From Raillietiella orientalis (taxonomy: Eukaryota), in NCBI GenBank assembly GCA_036172245.1, contig JAYWIR010000008.1:3224001-3288000 (forward strand): DNA of 64,000 nucleotides, in the 5' to 3' direction. Below the pieces are notes generated by a model. It had not been told where the DNA came from. It did not search any database and saw only the letters and a list, made by a program, of their open reading frames with translations. The position numbers and the translations under genes were made by a program. Within the stretch, counting starts at the first letter, position 1. Each line of letters begins with the position of its first letter. This document shows, piece by piece, positions 1 through 13,100 of the stretch.

Positions 1-779
1 TCTGATGATCAGATGGCATCTGCCTGCTTATAAAACCTGCGGGTGATATTCATTGAATCTGCCAACAGTAACATTAATAATCACAAACTGTGATGGGATA
101 ATGCAGGAGCTACTATTACTGCGATTGCTTCTAGGAAACTGGCATATCGAATGACCTGTGCGTAAGCAGTATCTATGAGTACTCGCTACAGCAAGGTCAG
201 ATTTTTCTCTGCTTTCGACACGTCCGGTCCCATCCCTTAGTGCCTGCATTGTTTTTTTTTTGGTTACCCCCGGAGATCCATGTGCTTCCTTTCCCTATAA
301 GGGCCAATCGAAAAATCCAGGGGTCTTCCGGACGCACCTGTTCTCGCGGAAGGAAAACAAAAAACGAAATGCGAACATCATCATCTTTTTTTTTCATCTT
401 TCCCTCTAAAAGGCAACATTTTCGCTTCTTTCTTCTTCCTTAGTTATTTGCATAACTCCGACGAAAGGAACCCGGTCCTTTGAAACGCGTTGAACAAGGA
501 CATCGGGCTCTTTTTAGGGATGACGAAAAGACAAAACCAATTATTTTAAAAAATAGTACTGGAAAGAAGGAGGTCTACTTTTTTTGCCTTTTTTTTTTTT
601 TTTGATAATGGAAAGGAAGAATGATGATGAATGTGCGTCAGGATTCACAGGACAAGCCGCTTTTTGTCCATCGGGACGCCCTTGGGTATCAAGAAACTCC
701 AGAAGACTTCAAGGCAGATTGCACTTTACCTGAACGCTAAAAAATTTTTGAAGTCAAAGATGAACTCATCGCAGGGGTT

Positions 780-2700
780 TACCAATGAGGGAAGCACTCG
801 TTGGTAAGCTCCTGCGATGAGCTTGCTTCGGCTCAGTTGATCATTTCGCAAGCATTTTTGAGAAACCCAGAAATCTCTTCGTCCTTCGCTCTCCGAGTTC
901 CCCAGAAATTGATTGCACTTGAAGTCGGGTGTTCCCTGGAAATCAGGCAACAACAGCTTGGGATGTTTGGTAATTTTCTCAATAAAATCCGACCTGGATA
1001 AGAGAAAATCCCAACTATCACAACGAGAGCCCGGAGCCGAGATAGGTTCGCACAGCATTCGCCCACATAAATCACAAATGAGTAGGGGGACGAAGATTAC
1101 TCTTGTTCAGAAGGAAGGAGACTTTCCTCACAATAGAATAAGAGAGAAAACCACTTTCAGTCATTGAGGGTTCCGAAGATCTGTTGGGTCTGAATCCACG
1201 TTTGTTCCCATTCTGGATTCTTAATAGCAGCTGGCTTATCTGCCCGTGTTTGGAGTTCGATGAAACTCAACTTTGCTTCATGTTTCCTGGAACTTTATGT
1301 GACTTGCATCCGTTCGTCATCTCTGCAGAGTTTTCTTAGAATGAAGGCATTCCTCTCTGGCAGAACTAAGTTCCGTTCCTTTTCCTAGTAGTATTAAGAA
1401 CTCCTTGCATGCTCGGCTCATTTGAGTCACTCTACTATTAGAAATGATATCAAGGAGACATTTTGCAGCTGACACTTTTTTTTCCTTTTGTGATGAGGTT
1501 GTTTTCATACTATCAGAATTTCACTAGCATTCCATTGAGTCAGATTGAATCGCAGTTCTGGCTTCTTAGAGACAACCTTCAAAGTTTCACTGCCAGAGCA
1601 CACATGTGTTTTTTCTTAATTTTCTTACTTCATTGCAGATTTCCATGTCGTGGAACGCATGTTTGATGATAGGACGAAAATATATATTGCCTTTTTTTTT
1701 TAAAAAAACAACAACAACAACAACTGAAAACCTAAAGCTTTAAACGAATTTTAAATCCTGCCTATTTTGGAAAGGTGCCTTGATAATACTGCCGGCGCCA
1801 TGTTGCAAAGGCAACAATACTTTGATGTTTGTGTAGGGCAGCTTTCCGCTCTCTGCGAATGTTTTCATTTCATTTTAGATTTTCGGTAGCTTTCTCGACT
1901 TTTGTTCTGTTTTTTTTTTTCCTTTTTTTTTCTGTGAAAAATCCATTTCGAGTTCTGCTGTTTCCCGCCCGGGTGCACCGGGGCGTTTATTACCAAACTA
2001 TCCGGGAACAGAGTTCCCGGACAAAGGACACAGAAAAACGAAGGAGGGGGGGGTTCCGACACGCAGGTCGGTAAAGTCAGTTCGAGTTCTGCTGTTGTGA
2101 TGGTTGGAATACTCACTCTTCGATTTCATCATTTGGAAATATACACTCTTGAAAAAGCTTCAAGGTGCTTTGCATGGTGGAGTGGAGTGGAATTCTTTTG
2201 GAAAGAAAGATCCAAGAATCTGCTTGTTTATTTATTTTCGGGGGAGGGGTCCATGTTGGCGCCTAAGCACTAAGCACAGTTTCGAAGTTCGTTGAGCTTG
2301 AAGAAAATACCACGTCCCTCAAAGCGTCCTTGTTAATTTTAATTGCGCTGGCTCACGCTCTTTAATTAGTGATCTTCATAGTTAAGGATAGACCGAGAAA
2401 AGCTGGTAAAGTGGGAAAAGACCTGGTAAAGTCTTTTTGCGCGATCGTTCCTCAAAAGACCCGCCAAAAAGGAGATGATGCTTTCAACGGATGGGGAATT
2501 GGTCTTCCGAAAATGAAGCCATTTTCCTGTAGTAAGCAAGCCATCTAATTCCTTCGCCGGAGCCTGCAAGTGTCCCTCTTCCTGCAACGCCACATTTAGA
2601 TTTTGCACAGTTGCGACCTACGTATTCCGTCACATCAAACGACTTATGCCGGTGATTGGGAAGATCGATCAACGCTGCTTCAGCTAGAAATTATCACCCG
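780..2700 (-). mobile_element. Highly decayed Penelope-like retroelement (RT plus GIY-YIG remnants), interrupted at about 1690-2080
   Basis: Frameshifted minus-strand fragments in Penelope order: ..FPIR/IISFLAGLL, DVVFSSSSTN, PELRF, LLDIISN..EECLHSKKTLQ, G.K.GFRPNRS, IYVGE, PDF..QFL..E..RR. Recognised by eye only. Confidence 0.45.
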
Positions 2701-5384
2701 CATCTCCCGAGCTGCAAAAGTGAGAAGATGATTCCTCTTCCAAGGCTATTGATTCTGCGAAGTCTCGGTTTTTCAGAACAAGTGCAACAATTCTTCCCTT
2801 TTTCTGTGTGTGTTTTAAAAAAAAGAAAAAAGGAGCTGCTACCAGGACGGCAGTCATCAATTTCGGGGGAGAGCACGCCACTCAGCATCAGGAACGCCAG
2901 TACCAGCTGAAGAAACCGGAAAAACGGACGTTTCCTACCAAGGAAAACAGCTCGGAGTTCCGCACTTTCGAATGGCGAAAACAGAGATGCCAACTTTTTG
3001 TTGCTGTCTATTCTTATTTTTATTTTTCGTCCTCTCTCGCGACAACGCGAGGATTACTTCCAGCGGGCGAAGAAAAGAAAAGAAAAAATCTTACAGGTAA
3101 TCGAATTCGGTGAATAGAAAGCCTTTTCTCTATAAATCCGAGAATGGATTATTACCCATAAGGATCAGGCAAGCAGTTTGGAAAAGATCAACGACAAAAG
3201 AACATTTGAACGTTTAAAAATTTCACATCCTTTTGCCTCCGTCCTTTATTTTCCGAAACGATTCTCAATTTTGCGACGATCTGAGGAAGGACGCGTCACC
3301 TGAGCTTCCATTGAATTCCCAACGCCAGCTGGCATGGATTCGCGGATGCCACCAGACCAGTGGATGTTGCGCAATCGAAGAAACGCATCCTGGCATCGAA
3401 GGCAGCTGGAATGACCCGAAGAACAGCAGCCGCTCCACTGCGGTTGAGCCAGCCTGATGCGTTTTTCCGGTTCTCTTCCGCCTCGGGTCATCCGCGGAGC
3501 TGTGGTGCGCCCACCTCCCAGAGGTTTCTGCTGCTCGGGTGAAGAATCCACGGCTGCCACTCCGTCGCGTTTTCGCAGTGAGCTGATCAGAATCTCCTAG
3601 CAATGCACCTCGCAACTCGAAAAACAGTCCAACCGACACTTTTCCGGGAACCCGAGTTCAGGTATGCAATTGGAGGAAACTGCAAACAGTTGCTGGAGTG
3701 TCTTTCCCTGTTGCCTTCGCTTCTACTTGATAGATACTGCCGTTTCAGAAGGAATCAGAGGAAACACGGAACCTCTAATGAGTTCAGGGACTCTGCAACT
3801 ATCCGTCAATGGTCTGTGGTTGTTGAAGACGAAGGATGTAGGGGGTCTCTCCTTTTTTTCCTCCGAGACGGTGTCACCGAAATCAACAACCACGGTCTTG
3901 TGGAACACAGAGGCGCGTCCATGCGTACGCGCACCTATCTTTCCTTATGCGCATCAGTCGTTAGGGGTATCGTTGAGGATGGAGGGAAAAAGCATTCGGT
4001 TTCTTCGAAGAAAAAGGGGGTGGTGGGAGACGAATCCAAAAAGCGCGTCCCAGGAAGCCATCGCAACGGTTTCGCGCTTTCTTGTGCCTCCATCGACAGA
4101 TCGTTTCTTGAAGAGGGAGGAACGACAGAAGGCCGGAACTTCTCTCACATTCTATCGAGACTTGACAGCAGCCACGGATGATTTGCGTGTCCTCTCGGGT
4201 CACTTCAAAGAATTTCAGGGGAGAAAGCGAGCATCTGGATTCTTGAACACTCGGGAGGAGGCGTGAATCGTACGAAGTTTGAGTTTCCTGGAGACCTCGC
4301 CAGAAAAATTCACCTTCATGTTTCGGATCGTGGATTGCAAAAAAACTGAGTTTACTACCACATGCGACAAGCTCCGGAGCATACTCGCGGGCGACCGTCC
4401 GTTTCTGGTGGTCACAGACGCGGGGGATTCCACTCGGAGCAACTAGGCGCGTTCTTGCGATCGACTGCGATGCAGCGCAGGCGTGGTCGCCGTGGGGATG
4501 GCGCTCCTCAGCCCAGCAAACAGCTCCCTCGCCTGGTCCCCCCTCAATGGGGTGGTTGACGTCTTCGTGGCTGCCAGCTCGCCGCAACTCCGAAGCTTCT
4601 TCCCTCTTACCTCCTGCCCTCTCTGCCTCGGCACCTGTTCGCTTGGAGCCGCAGCGCTCAAAGCCGCAGCAGCGTCGGATTGCCCTCCGCTGCTGCCCTT
4701 CTCTCCTGGAGGCGAAAGAACGGGGCAGCTCGCAGGAACGGTCATCCCTCCTGCCGCCTGACGTGGTCCACCGACTCACCCCGTGGCGCGGCTCCCCTCG
4801 TGACGAGCGCATCCGCCACTTGAGCCAGGGATGCCAGGCCAGCCGGATGTCTCCTGGGATGCTCCTCGGGAAGCGGAAGGGTCAACCTTTGGGGCTCTCT
4901 GCGCCTCGAGCCTCCCCACCAGTCACCCCTTAAGGATGTTCCCCTTCCTCTCGATGTGGAACGGACGGGGCAATGCCATCTGCAGTGGCCTCCCGTCCCC
5001 ACGAAACGACACGGCTCATCCCGAACGAGCAAAGGGGAAGATGTCGATCCGTTTCGCCGGTTCGGCCTCGCTCTTCGAAGGTGAAGAAACGGCTGACCCG
5101 GTCATCCCGGTAGACCAGCCAACTGGAATACCCGTCGTACACTATATGATTTATGTACAAATGGGAAACATCAGTCACAGGTGCTTTTTCCGCTCTTTGC
5201 GTGACCTTCAGTCATCACGAAATGTGCTTTTGCTGTCCGTTTCCGATCCTTCGTGTATTGAAGAATGCTGCTCGCCCATTCTGAGCACGCACGGTGGGCA
5301 CCTGAATTTCTGCACCCAATTTCTGCTTGCATCGGCGGTCGTGTGGCTGCGGTCTCCGCGCGTGGTGCTGAGCGCTGAGGGTTT

Positions 5385-6110
5385 GAACTCCGCCCAGGGA
5401 GAAAAGGATCGACGCCAAGGAATGTAGGATGGGTCGTGGAATTCGAGTCTCCCCGGCAAGATGACTCTGATTGACCTGTAGGCTTCGAGTGCAGCACTGG
5501 TGGAAGCTGGAAACCTCCGGATGCCCCCGTTGACCGCTAACTGGTCGGGATTGGAAGTCGACCCTCCGGGGTCCTTCCAGGAACCAAGGAGACGCTTCCC
5601 TTAGGGGTTCCCCACCGGTTCTGAAAAGGGAACCGTCCCTTTCCTCGGTAGAAGGACCCTCCATCGCGTACCATGAAGCTAGATGGTGACTCCCTTTGAG
5701 GGGACGCCTCTCCAGAGTATCAGAAGCGCGCTGCTCCCTTAGGGGGAGCTCCCTCGTGAGAAATGGAGAAGCATCCCTTCGGAAGCTCCTCTTCAGAGGA
5801 GCAGCAAGGAGCACATCCTTTCCGGGAAATCCCTCTGGAGAAGAAACTCCAAGAATGTATCCTTCGAGGTTCCCTTCCCAACCAGGGCGAGGATGTGATC
5901 CCTTCGGGGTTCCCTCCCAAGCGTGAAAGAAAGGAACTCCCTTCCTACGGAGCCACCTTCCTGGATTCATGGGGTGGTCCCTCCGAGGTTGTGCCCTTAT
6001 AGGCCTGAAGAGCTCCACGCACCGGTTCTTCAGCACTCTTCGAGGTCCTCCCTCCCCCAAAAGAACAAGAAGCTGGAAGAGAAACAGAGGAAGCAGAAAA
6101 AAGAAGCCAA
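5385..6110 (+). mobile_element. SINE-like dispersed repeat family A, copy 1
   Basis: Alignable with copies at ~23425, ~48872 and ~52635 (shared ctctccagagt, gctgctccctt, ttcctggattc, cttcagcact). T-arm-like ggtcgtggaattcgagtctcccc near the 5' end and an A/G-rich 3' tail. Confidence 0.7.
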
Positions 6111-6928
6111 CATGATTTTCATCATCCTTGGCCAACAGCCCCCGTGTATCCGACGCCAGCACTCAAAGCATCTGTCCTGGCCAAGGGTGCCGCCAGCACA
6201 TCTCGTTGAGTAACGGTGAATTCTCACCGTACGATATACATAACGTGAAAGCCGGAGGAAGGCAGGGGCAAGAAGGCGGGTGCTGCCAGCCACGACCGAG
6301 GTGACCTGGACTCGACAATGGGCGGAAACTCGGGAGCACCTCAGCTTCTGGCTCGTCAGCTGAAATTTTCCCGAGCGAAGGGGCGGGCGGCCGTGCGGGG
6401 GTGGAGGCCGGAAATAGTCGGTCGCGAGAGCACATGGGGCACGGGAAGAAATTCGGACCACGTGGGCGCAGAGGACGTGTCTGCTGCCTCTGACCTCATT
6501 CGCGCGAGTGGAAACCCCCAGCTAGATGCGCGGCGGTCGAGCCTTGGTCCCCACCTCATGGGCTCGTCCCCCTCTCGAGCGCCATCTTTTTTTCTCTCTG
6601 GAGTGGGCGCGCGGCGCACGTGCCGGGGATCCAAGATTGCCTCCTCCCCGTGGCGAAGATCCGGAGCTGGCGGATACTCCCTCCCCGAGATCCAGCAGTC
6701 CGCGGATCGCATCGGGACCGCAGCCAGGGTTTCTCCCTGAGGACACCCGCCCACTCGAAAGCCTCAGCGCGCATGCGCAGGCGGAAAGAAGGAATGGTTT
6801 CCCCAGCTCGCGCAAAATTCCAAGCGCCTGTAGCGATGCGTCCAGCCATCCCTGTTTCGAATCGTGGGAGCCTACCCACGCTTCCCTGTTGATTGCGAAG
6901 GCATACTGACGGACCTGTCTCGTTCCAG

Positions 6929-6979
6929 GCTGCAGACTGGATAACCGGGTGTGCTCCAGAGATGAGAGGTGCTTCAATG
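6929..6979 (+). CDS. IA-2: IA-2 exon, start of RESP18-homology region: (G)CRLDNRVCSRDERCFN(D)
   Basis: Acceptor ttccag and donor gtgagc; 51 nt, phase 1-1. Cys spacing matches the IA-2 GC-x6-C-x5-C pattern, and it joins DNVFGEC in the next exon. Confidence 0.85.
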
Positions 6980-8948
6980 GTGAGCCATTTTTCCCCACCC
7001 CGCTCCACCTCTCCGCCCTTCGAGTAGCTCGCTGCACTCTTCGGGTCGCGGAGTGGGGTTCACCCGACCCTCCCTCAGCGACGAATCGATACGCGCGCCA
7101 TCTGCCGTCAGCTTCGGGAACTCGGTCCGTTCCTCAGCTCCGAGCTTTCCGGAACAGCCCTCGTCTTGCCGGCGCTGCCGCTGTTACATTTCCTGCTAAG
7201 GGGAGGGGTGAGGATGGAGTGTCCCTCTTCTCGAGTCCTGGACGTCCGGCTGCCGACCGCGGCAGCGCTTTTTTGCGCCTCCCCCTCAGGAGGAGGGTAC
7301 ACGGCCGCTGGCAGCTCTCCGTCCGTCATTACCCGGCAGAGAACCATTGCACCAGGGTTCGGCTTCGACTCCTTTCCTCCCCACAGGAGGGATGCGATGC
7401 TGCGACGTCCCCTGTGGGTGAAGAGCTTCCGGTAGCGGCTAAGGGGAACGCGTGCGTTGCCTGGAGTCTTCCCAAAGGTCTCGAATGTTCCGGACAACTC
7501 TCGATGCAGCGCCAAGCCACATCGAGGGGTGCAGCCGTCTCCATCAGCCGAGAGGTCTCCCCCTTCCCCCTTTTTCGTGGGTCTCGCCCTCCCAGGCGTG
7601 CATCGTCCGCCTCTTAGATTCCGTAAGTTTCCTTCCGGAGTCTGCGAGGATTTCCGGAATCTGTGCCCACTCTCGAGGCATCTCGAGGTTCCCTCCTTCC
7701 TAAGACTCCGCGTTCCTCCCCCCCCCCCACCTTCCCCTCACAACCCCAAGGTCCCTGGCGCGCCTACAAAGGGTTATTCCTGCCGAAACGCCGCTTGGGG
7801 AGCTGCCATTTCTGAGCACGGGCAGTCAGGACGGGGAGAAGGAAGGCGGAGACGATGCGGCTGTGGTCTCCAGAAAGTCGACGGCACAGAGGCAACGATC
7901 TGGAGGGCCATGCAGCTGTTCAGGATAGGGGGAAAGGGTGGCGTCTCGGTTGGGCAAGGGCAGTCAGAGAGCACGGCCACTCGCTAGGAGAACCGAACAG
8001 GAAAGGAAGAAAACGGTAGGTGTCATCCATGCGCTCGCGGCAAGGAGGACGCCTCAAGGGCAGGGGATCAGCTCGATTCCTTGCATGGAGACGACCACTG
8101 CCATGCGAGAGGCAAGGACGCGTCTGATGGGGCATCGAGGAGATCTTCGGGTTACGTCCGGCTGATCCCAGGTCTTCCGTGTTCCTCACCCCCTTTCCCC
8201 CCAAGGTCACTGCAATCCTTCGGGAGAATTTGTTTTTCGTGACCCCTCATTGTCTCCCACTGCACTCCTTTCTTTTCCCTCCGAAGAAAGGATGAGGTGG
8301 ACCTCTGTTCTCTTTCGACCTGAATCCATTGGGAAGCTGCAGGTGGACTCCTCCGCAAGGTCAGGTTGGAGCCTCCCCAGGCGGTTGGGAAGGGAAGTTG
8401 GAAGACCGCTGTTACCTGGAGACGGGAAGCACGCAGGGGCCTTGCGTACTTCCCAACTCCAGGAGGAGAGCGAGGCGGGGGGACGCCTCCGCGACTGACA
8501 CGCGGGTTGGGAAAACTCTTGGTCTTGTGACCGTGCCTCCAACCCCCGCGTCCCCCGGGTCCCGAGGGCACTCGGGAGAAGCCTGTGGTGGCTCCAGCCG
8601 AGGAGATCCCCTTGCATCCTGTCGCCCTAGGGTCGAGCCGGGGTAGCTCTCATACGCTTCTCGAACTGCGCTGCCAGGGAACTGTGAGAGGATACCCGGC
8701 TGCAGCAGGGCGTACAGGAAACGAACGGACACTTTCCGCGCGGAGGAGCGATTTCTACTGGAAACCTCCACGGCAAAGGATGCGAGATGGACGTGCATCC
8801 TCCAGGATGACCTCACGTCTCCCTTCCCCACCCCTGCTCCCCTCTCAGAGCTTGCAGTGCTCACTCCAAAGGGTGTTTCGAAGGGGTCGGCCTCCAGCCA
8901 AATGCCGCCGTTCCCGTTACTTTGGCGATCTTTTCTCCGGTTTCCTAG

Positions 8949-9144
8949 ACAACGTCTTCGGGGAGTGCCTCAGTCTTTCGAACTTTGGAGACGCCCAAAG
9001 CATCTGGCTCAGCCCCGACGACAAGAAGCAGATCCTGAAGCTTCTGTGGAAGCAGCTGAACCTCCTGAGGAGCGGAGGGCACTCCCTGGCCGATCCCCTC
9101 TCCCAGTGCGTACTGAGGAACATCCTGACGTCCATCCGAATTGG
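8949..9144 (+). CDS. IA-2: IA-2 exon, RESP18-homology region: DNVFGECLSL...LADPLSQCVLRNILTSIRIG
   Basis: Acceptor tttcctag and donor gtaagt; 196 nt, phase 1-2. Contains the DxxFGxC and L...G.S..D..SQCVL motifs and GC3-rich codons. Confidence 0.9.
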
Positions 9145-10699
9145 GTAAGTTGGCGCGTTGTGGCGCTTGTGGTCGCCTCCGGCAAGGGTCGAGAGGGAGC
9201 ATTCCCTGGAAGACGAGGAGGAAAAGCAGCTGGAACGCTGGTTCAGGAAACCGCCGCTCCGGGTCGCTTAGACTGCGGACTGGCGGTTCTCCTCTAATTC
9301 TTCTTTGAAAGCGGCTGCCAGGAAAGCACCTATCCTTCCTTCAAGAAGAGACTCCGACGCGTGGAGACGTCCTGCTTCCGAGCCCGACGGGTGCTGGCGC
9401 GCTCGAGGAAGTCCCTTCCGCTCGGGCCTACGAGGTTCCCTCATGGATCTGTCTTTCCGCCGGGGTTTCCAGAGCCAGTCTTGGTTCCGGTCGCTCCCTC
9501 CCCCTCATCTGCTTGGAAACGAGCCGCAAGAGATCTTCGCCGAGCCAAGGCGAAAACTCTTGGTTACCAGGACGATGACCAGTGCCGCGAATGCCCGTGC
9601 GAGGGTTCCCGTCGTCGTTCAGGACAATCAAGTGGTGCAGAACGCCCGCCCGCGTTGATCCTATGGGAAACTCCGGGTTCCGACGGAGGCGGCGCCAGAG
9701 GTGGCGGGGGACAGGAAATGGAGGAATGGAATGCATTCCGCGCCTCACCGCGACCGCCAGGCGGCTCCTCCAGGCAGTCCGCCCAGGCGCGCGCACCCAC
9801 CCGGTGCTCGGTGGACACACACGGGCTTTTCTTGTGCGTCCATCTGCGCTCCCACTTTGCCGTCGCAAATGCGAGGGTGGCTCGTTGGGTTCATTCGAGA
9901 AGTCACGTGGGGTGGTGGAGTGGGGTGGTTACCCAAGCTCCTTCCAAACCCCCCCTTGAAAAATGAGGAAACTCTCCGGCAACGCTCTTCGGTAGTCTCC
10001 GGCTGCGTAGGTAGCCATGGGCTCTGTCTCTACGGAAGCCCCCACAGGTCTTCTGATTTACCGCCGCGTACTCGCTGCTTTGGTGGCGACGTGCCGCCAC
10101 TTCTGTTTTGCACCCTTCTGCACGCACGTAGAGTTCTTCCCCTCCTGGCCACCGCGCCACCGCAAACGCGCCCCCGTTCCACAGCGGTGTTCCGTGTCGG
10201 GAACTCCAATCGGCCTTCCGTACACTGCGAGAATCTTCTTGGTCTTAGGTCGCCACCTCCTCATCCTTGAGGATCGCACTCATCCGGCTCCCCGAACCCC
10301 TACGGAAAGCTCGTTGTGGCTTTCGTTCCATTCTCAGCTCCCTAATGAACGTCGAGAAAGCTTTTGCGGTTGCAACCATGCAGGCATCGTCGTGTCCATC
10401 GTCGCTGGGGTCAGGGGTCTCCTTCCTGCCCCACCCAGGAATACGTTGGCTGCGAGATGGTGTTGGACATCTCGCCTGAGGTATCTTGTGAATCCACTGG
10501 AAGCACCCCACATGTTGATCTGAATGTGCCCTCCATCTTTCTTCCTTGTGACAAAAGCGCCCTTTCTGTCTCAGCATCCGTTTCGAGGGCAGGGACAGAC
10601 ATTTATTGGGAGGTACGGAGGAATCGCAGGCAACGAAGGGAGGCTTCACAATCCTCATCATCTTCATCTCCATGTCTCTTCCATCTCTCCGTTTCGGGT

Positions 10700-11400
10700 G
10701 CGTAAGGTTGCGGAGTCTCTTCTAAATAGCCTCCATCCACATCCGGTTAGTACCGGTGCCTCTCGGGAATCAGTGTTCTGGGTGTTCCTTCATTGGGAAG
10801 ATGTTCCGTTTTATGGATCCAGTAGGTGTTGTGGCCATGCTAGATGCTAGGTGCAACCACAGGACTGTCGGGGTAGCTTTTTGCAGAGGAGGCTGCACTT
10901 GAATCAGCTCACCTCTTCATTGAGGGACTCCCAAGATCTCGGAAAACCGACCAGTGAGTCCCCCACGGTCACCTGAGCTTCCGCGGTCGACGAGGTGGCA
11001 GAGGTCTTTGTGTTTGGTCTCCTTCCTTCCTCGAGCGCATCCGAACGCACCAATGGGCTCTCGAAAGGGCGGGCTGGACTTCGCCCGCCCTTTCGAGATT
11101 TCCCCTCGGGCACTGCCAGATCAGGACGGGAGTGGTTTTTCCTCGCTGATACCTACCGGTTCCTTCCGCAGGCTCCGGTCAGTTGACTGAATGATTCGAA
11201 AATTTCTTTGAGTGCCATCACCGCTGGCTGCCGTTCCTGGAGAATCGAGCTGTTCCAGGAGGTCCCGGGGAATGCTCGCCTCGTAGCTGGCAGTAGGAAA
11301 ATTCTCCATCGAGGCCAACCAGAAGGAGAAACCGCTGAAGGCGCAGTTCCGTCGAGGTCACGGTTTGCTCTGCGAGCGCGCCTTGACCTTGAAAGTCCTT
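10700..11400 (-). mobile_element. Decayed non-LTR retrotransposon RT fragment
   Basis: Minus strand reads L.DR..AQVTVGDSL...GVPQ(*) preceded by NLERA (DLEKA-like), across frameshifts. Confidence 0.4.
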
Positions 11401-11829
11401 TCCTCTCACAGTTCCTCTTTTCGAGATGAGAACTCGTGAAGCCGTTTGCGAGAAAAGCGTTCCAGACAGACGCCCCGAATTTATTTTTTTCCTTTTCCCC
11501 CTCTTTCCTCCCAGTCAGAGAGCGTCCTTAGGAAATGTCTGGGATTATCAATAGGGGTGAAAGCAGGCATAACTCAGAGATGCGAAAACGATTTAAGGAA
11601 GAGTGCACCCTGCGGAACCGAGCTCAAGAATGGACCAATCTTTCCGTCAGGCCGTTCCAGACTTTCGTATCTCCCCTGAGATCTTTCGTCCTCCGGCGCA
11701 GCGTTCCAGACCGAGAACGCAAGTGACTCTGTGCCTCCATGCAACGCACGCGCTCCGCCTGCTAACGGATCGGAGTGTTCCCTGGCATTCAAAAGAGTGA
11801 GGGCTCCCTCGGAATCCCCATCCAAAGCT

Positions 11830-13100
11830 TCTCCTGAACCCCTCCGGGATTACGGTGTATCTGGGAAACCGACGGGGCTCGGAAAGGAAGGAAATTTAGA
11901 TTTGATACGACTGCACAGAGGTCTCACAACAAGCGAGTCCTCGGCTAAAACAGGACATCGAATCGGTAGCAGCAGTTCTTCTTCTACCTGAAACACCAGA
12001 CGGGTTCCGTAGAGAGAAACACGTCCTCGGGGTGCAGCTCGGGAGGCAAAAGATGTAAAGAAATGGAATCATCAGTTTTCGGTTCCTTCCAACACATATG
12101 GAATAGTAACCATGCTGCTGACAAACAAATCATGGCACAGAAGGAAGGACTCCTTAGAATGCCGGGAAAAAGGCGTCAACAAGGAGATCATGCGAGCACT
12201 TGGAAACGCAGCCGTTCTAGAGGGAAGAGGGGGATACTCGAATAAGAAACCCCTGATATTCTATTCATTGGCTCGCTCGGATCTTAAGGACAGAACAACA
12301 GCAGCCTTTCAACTGAACGCTTGCAAGGGGATGGTCTCTGGAAACCACTCAAGCAGCTGGCGTTGAGATCTTACTGAGAGGGTTGAGGTCTAGACGGCTT
12401 TTCCGATTCTGGAAGGAAACTCAGCATGCATGCAGCCAGAACTGAAAACCCTTTCGTCTCCCATCTGTAGGCCGAAGAAGCGCCAGCAAAGAGCTTCCGA
12501 TTGAAGCCCTGAGAACAAAGCGCCTCCTTGCGCACCAGCGAAAAGATCCGGTCAGGGCCTTCGAGGAACCTCCACCACTGGACTTCTGGCTCGCGCGTTC
12601 GCTGCTGCAGAAGAGTAGGGAGAAATGCGAGGCACAGCGGAGAAGAGGCAAAGAGTATCCAGAACATCAAAATCCACGTTCATTCGAAGAATGCCATTGG
12701 ATAGTTGACCACGTCATAGGTGGAAGGAAGGTGCTGCTACCCTTCTGTCCCCACTATCAGTAATCTCCATCGCTGTTTTCATCTCGAGGAGGGTGCATTG
12801 GTAAGATCGCTCTAATCGCATCCTCCGATGGAGTGCTCTGAACGTTTCCCGCTTCCCACTGAGATTGTATATCTGCTCGGCAGCTGAGGCGGAGATTGCC
12901 AGAGGTGGAAGGTTGCTTTGGAAGCTGTTGTGCTTCTTCTCTCCGTCCGTTCTGAGAAGTTCCTCTTCCATTCAAGAGGGAGATGCGAGAGGGATCACGT
13001 TTCCTCAGGAGAAGTGCTTGCAAGCTGACGATCTTAGGAGCAATCTAAATGCTCATCGAGTGCCACGCCCTAGAAGAAGGAGGCTCCGCAGAGTCCCAGA
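11830..13100 (+). mobile_element. Decayed LINE ORF2 fragment (post-RT region, possible RNase H)
   Basis: RLHRGLTTSESSAK, YGIVTMLLTNKSW and LEGRGGYSNKKPLIFYSLARSDL resemble the I/Nimb-group post-RT block. SAAEAEIA..FFSPS resembles RNase H. Confidence 0.4.

Noticed and set aside
2366..2608. DIRS/tyrosine-recombinase N-terminal domain
   Set aside because: The resemblance is superficial; neighbouring frames fit the Penelope RT motif order better.
1..6928. IA-2 signal-peptide first exon
   Set aside because: I found no ATG-initiated hydrophobic frame ending at a good phase-1 donor; it is probably upstream of the window.
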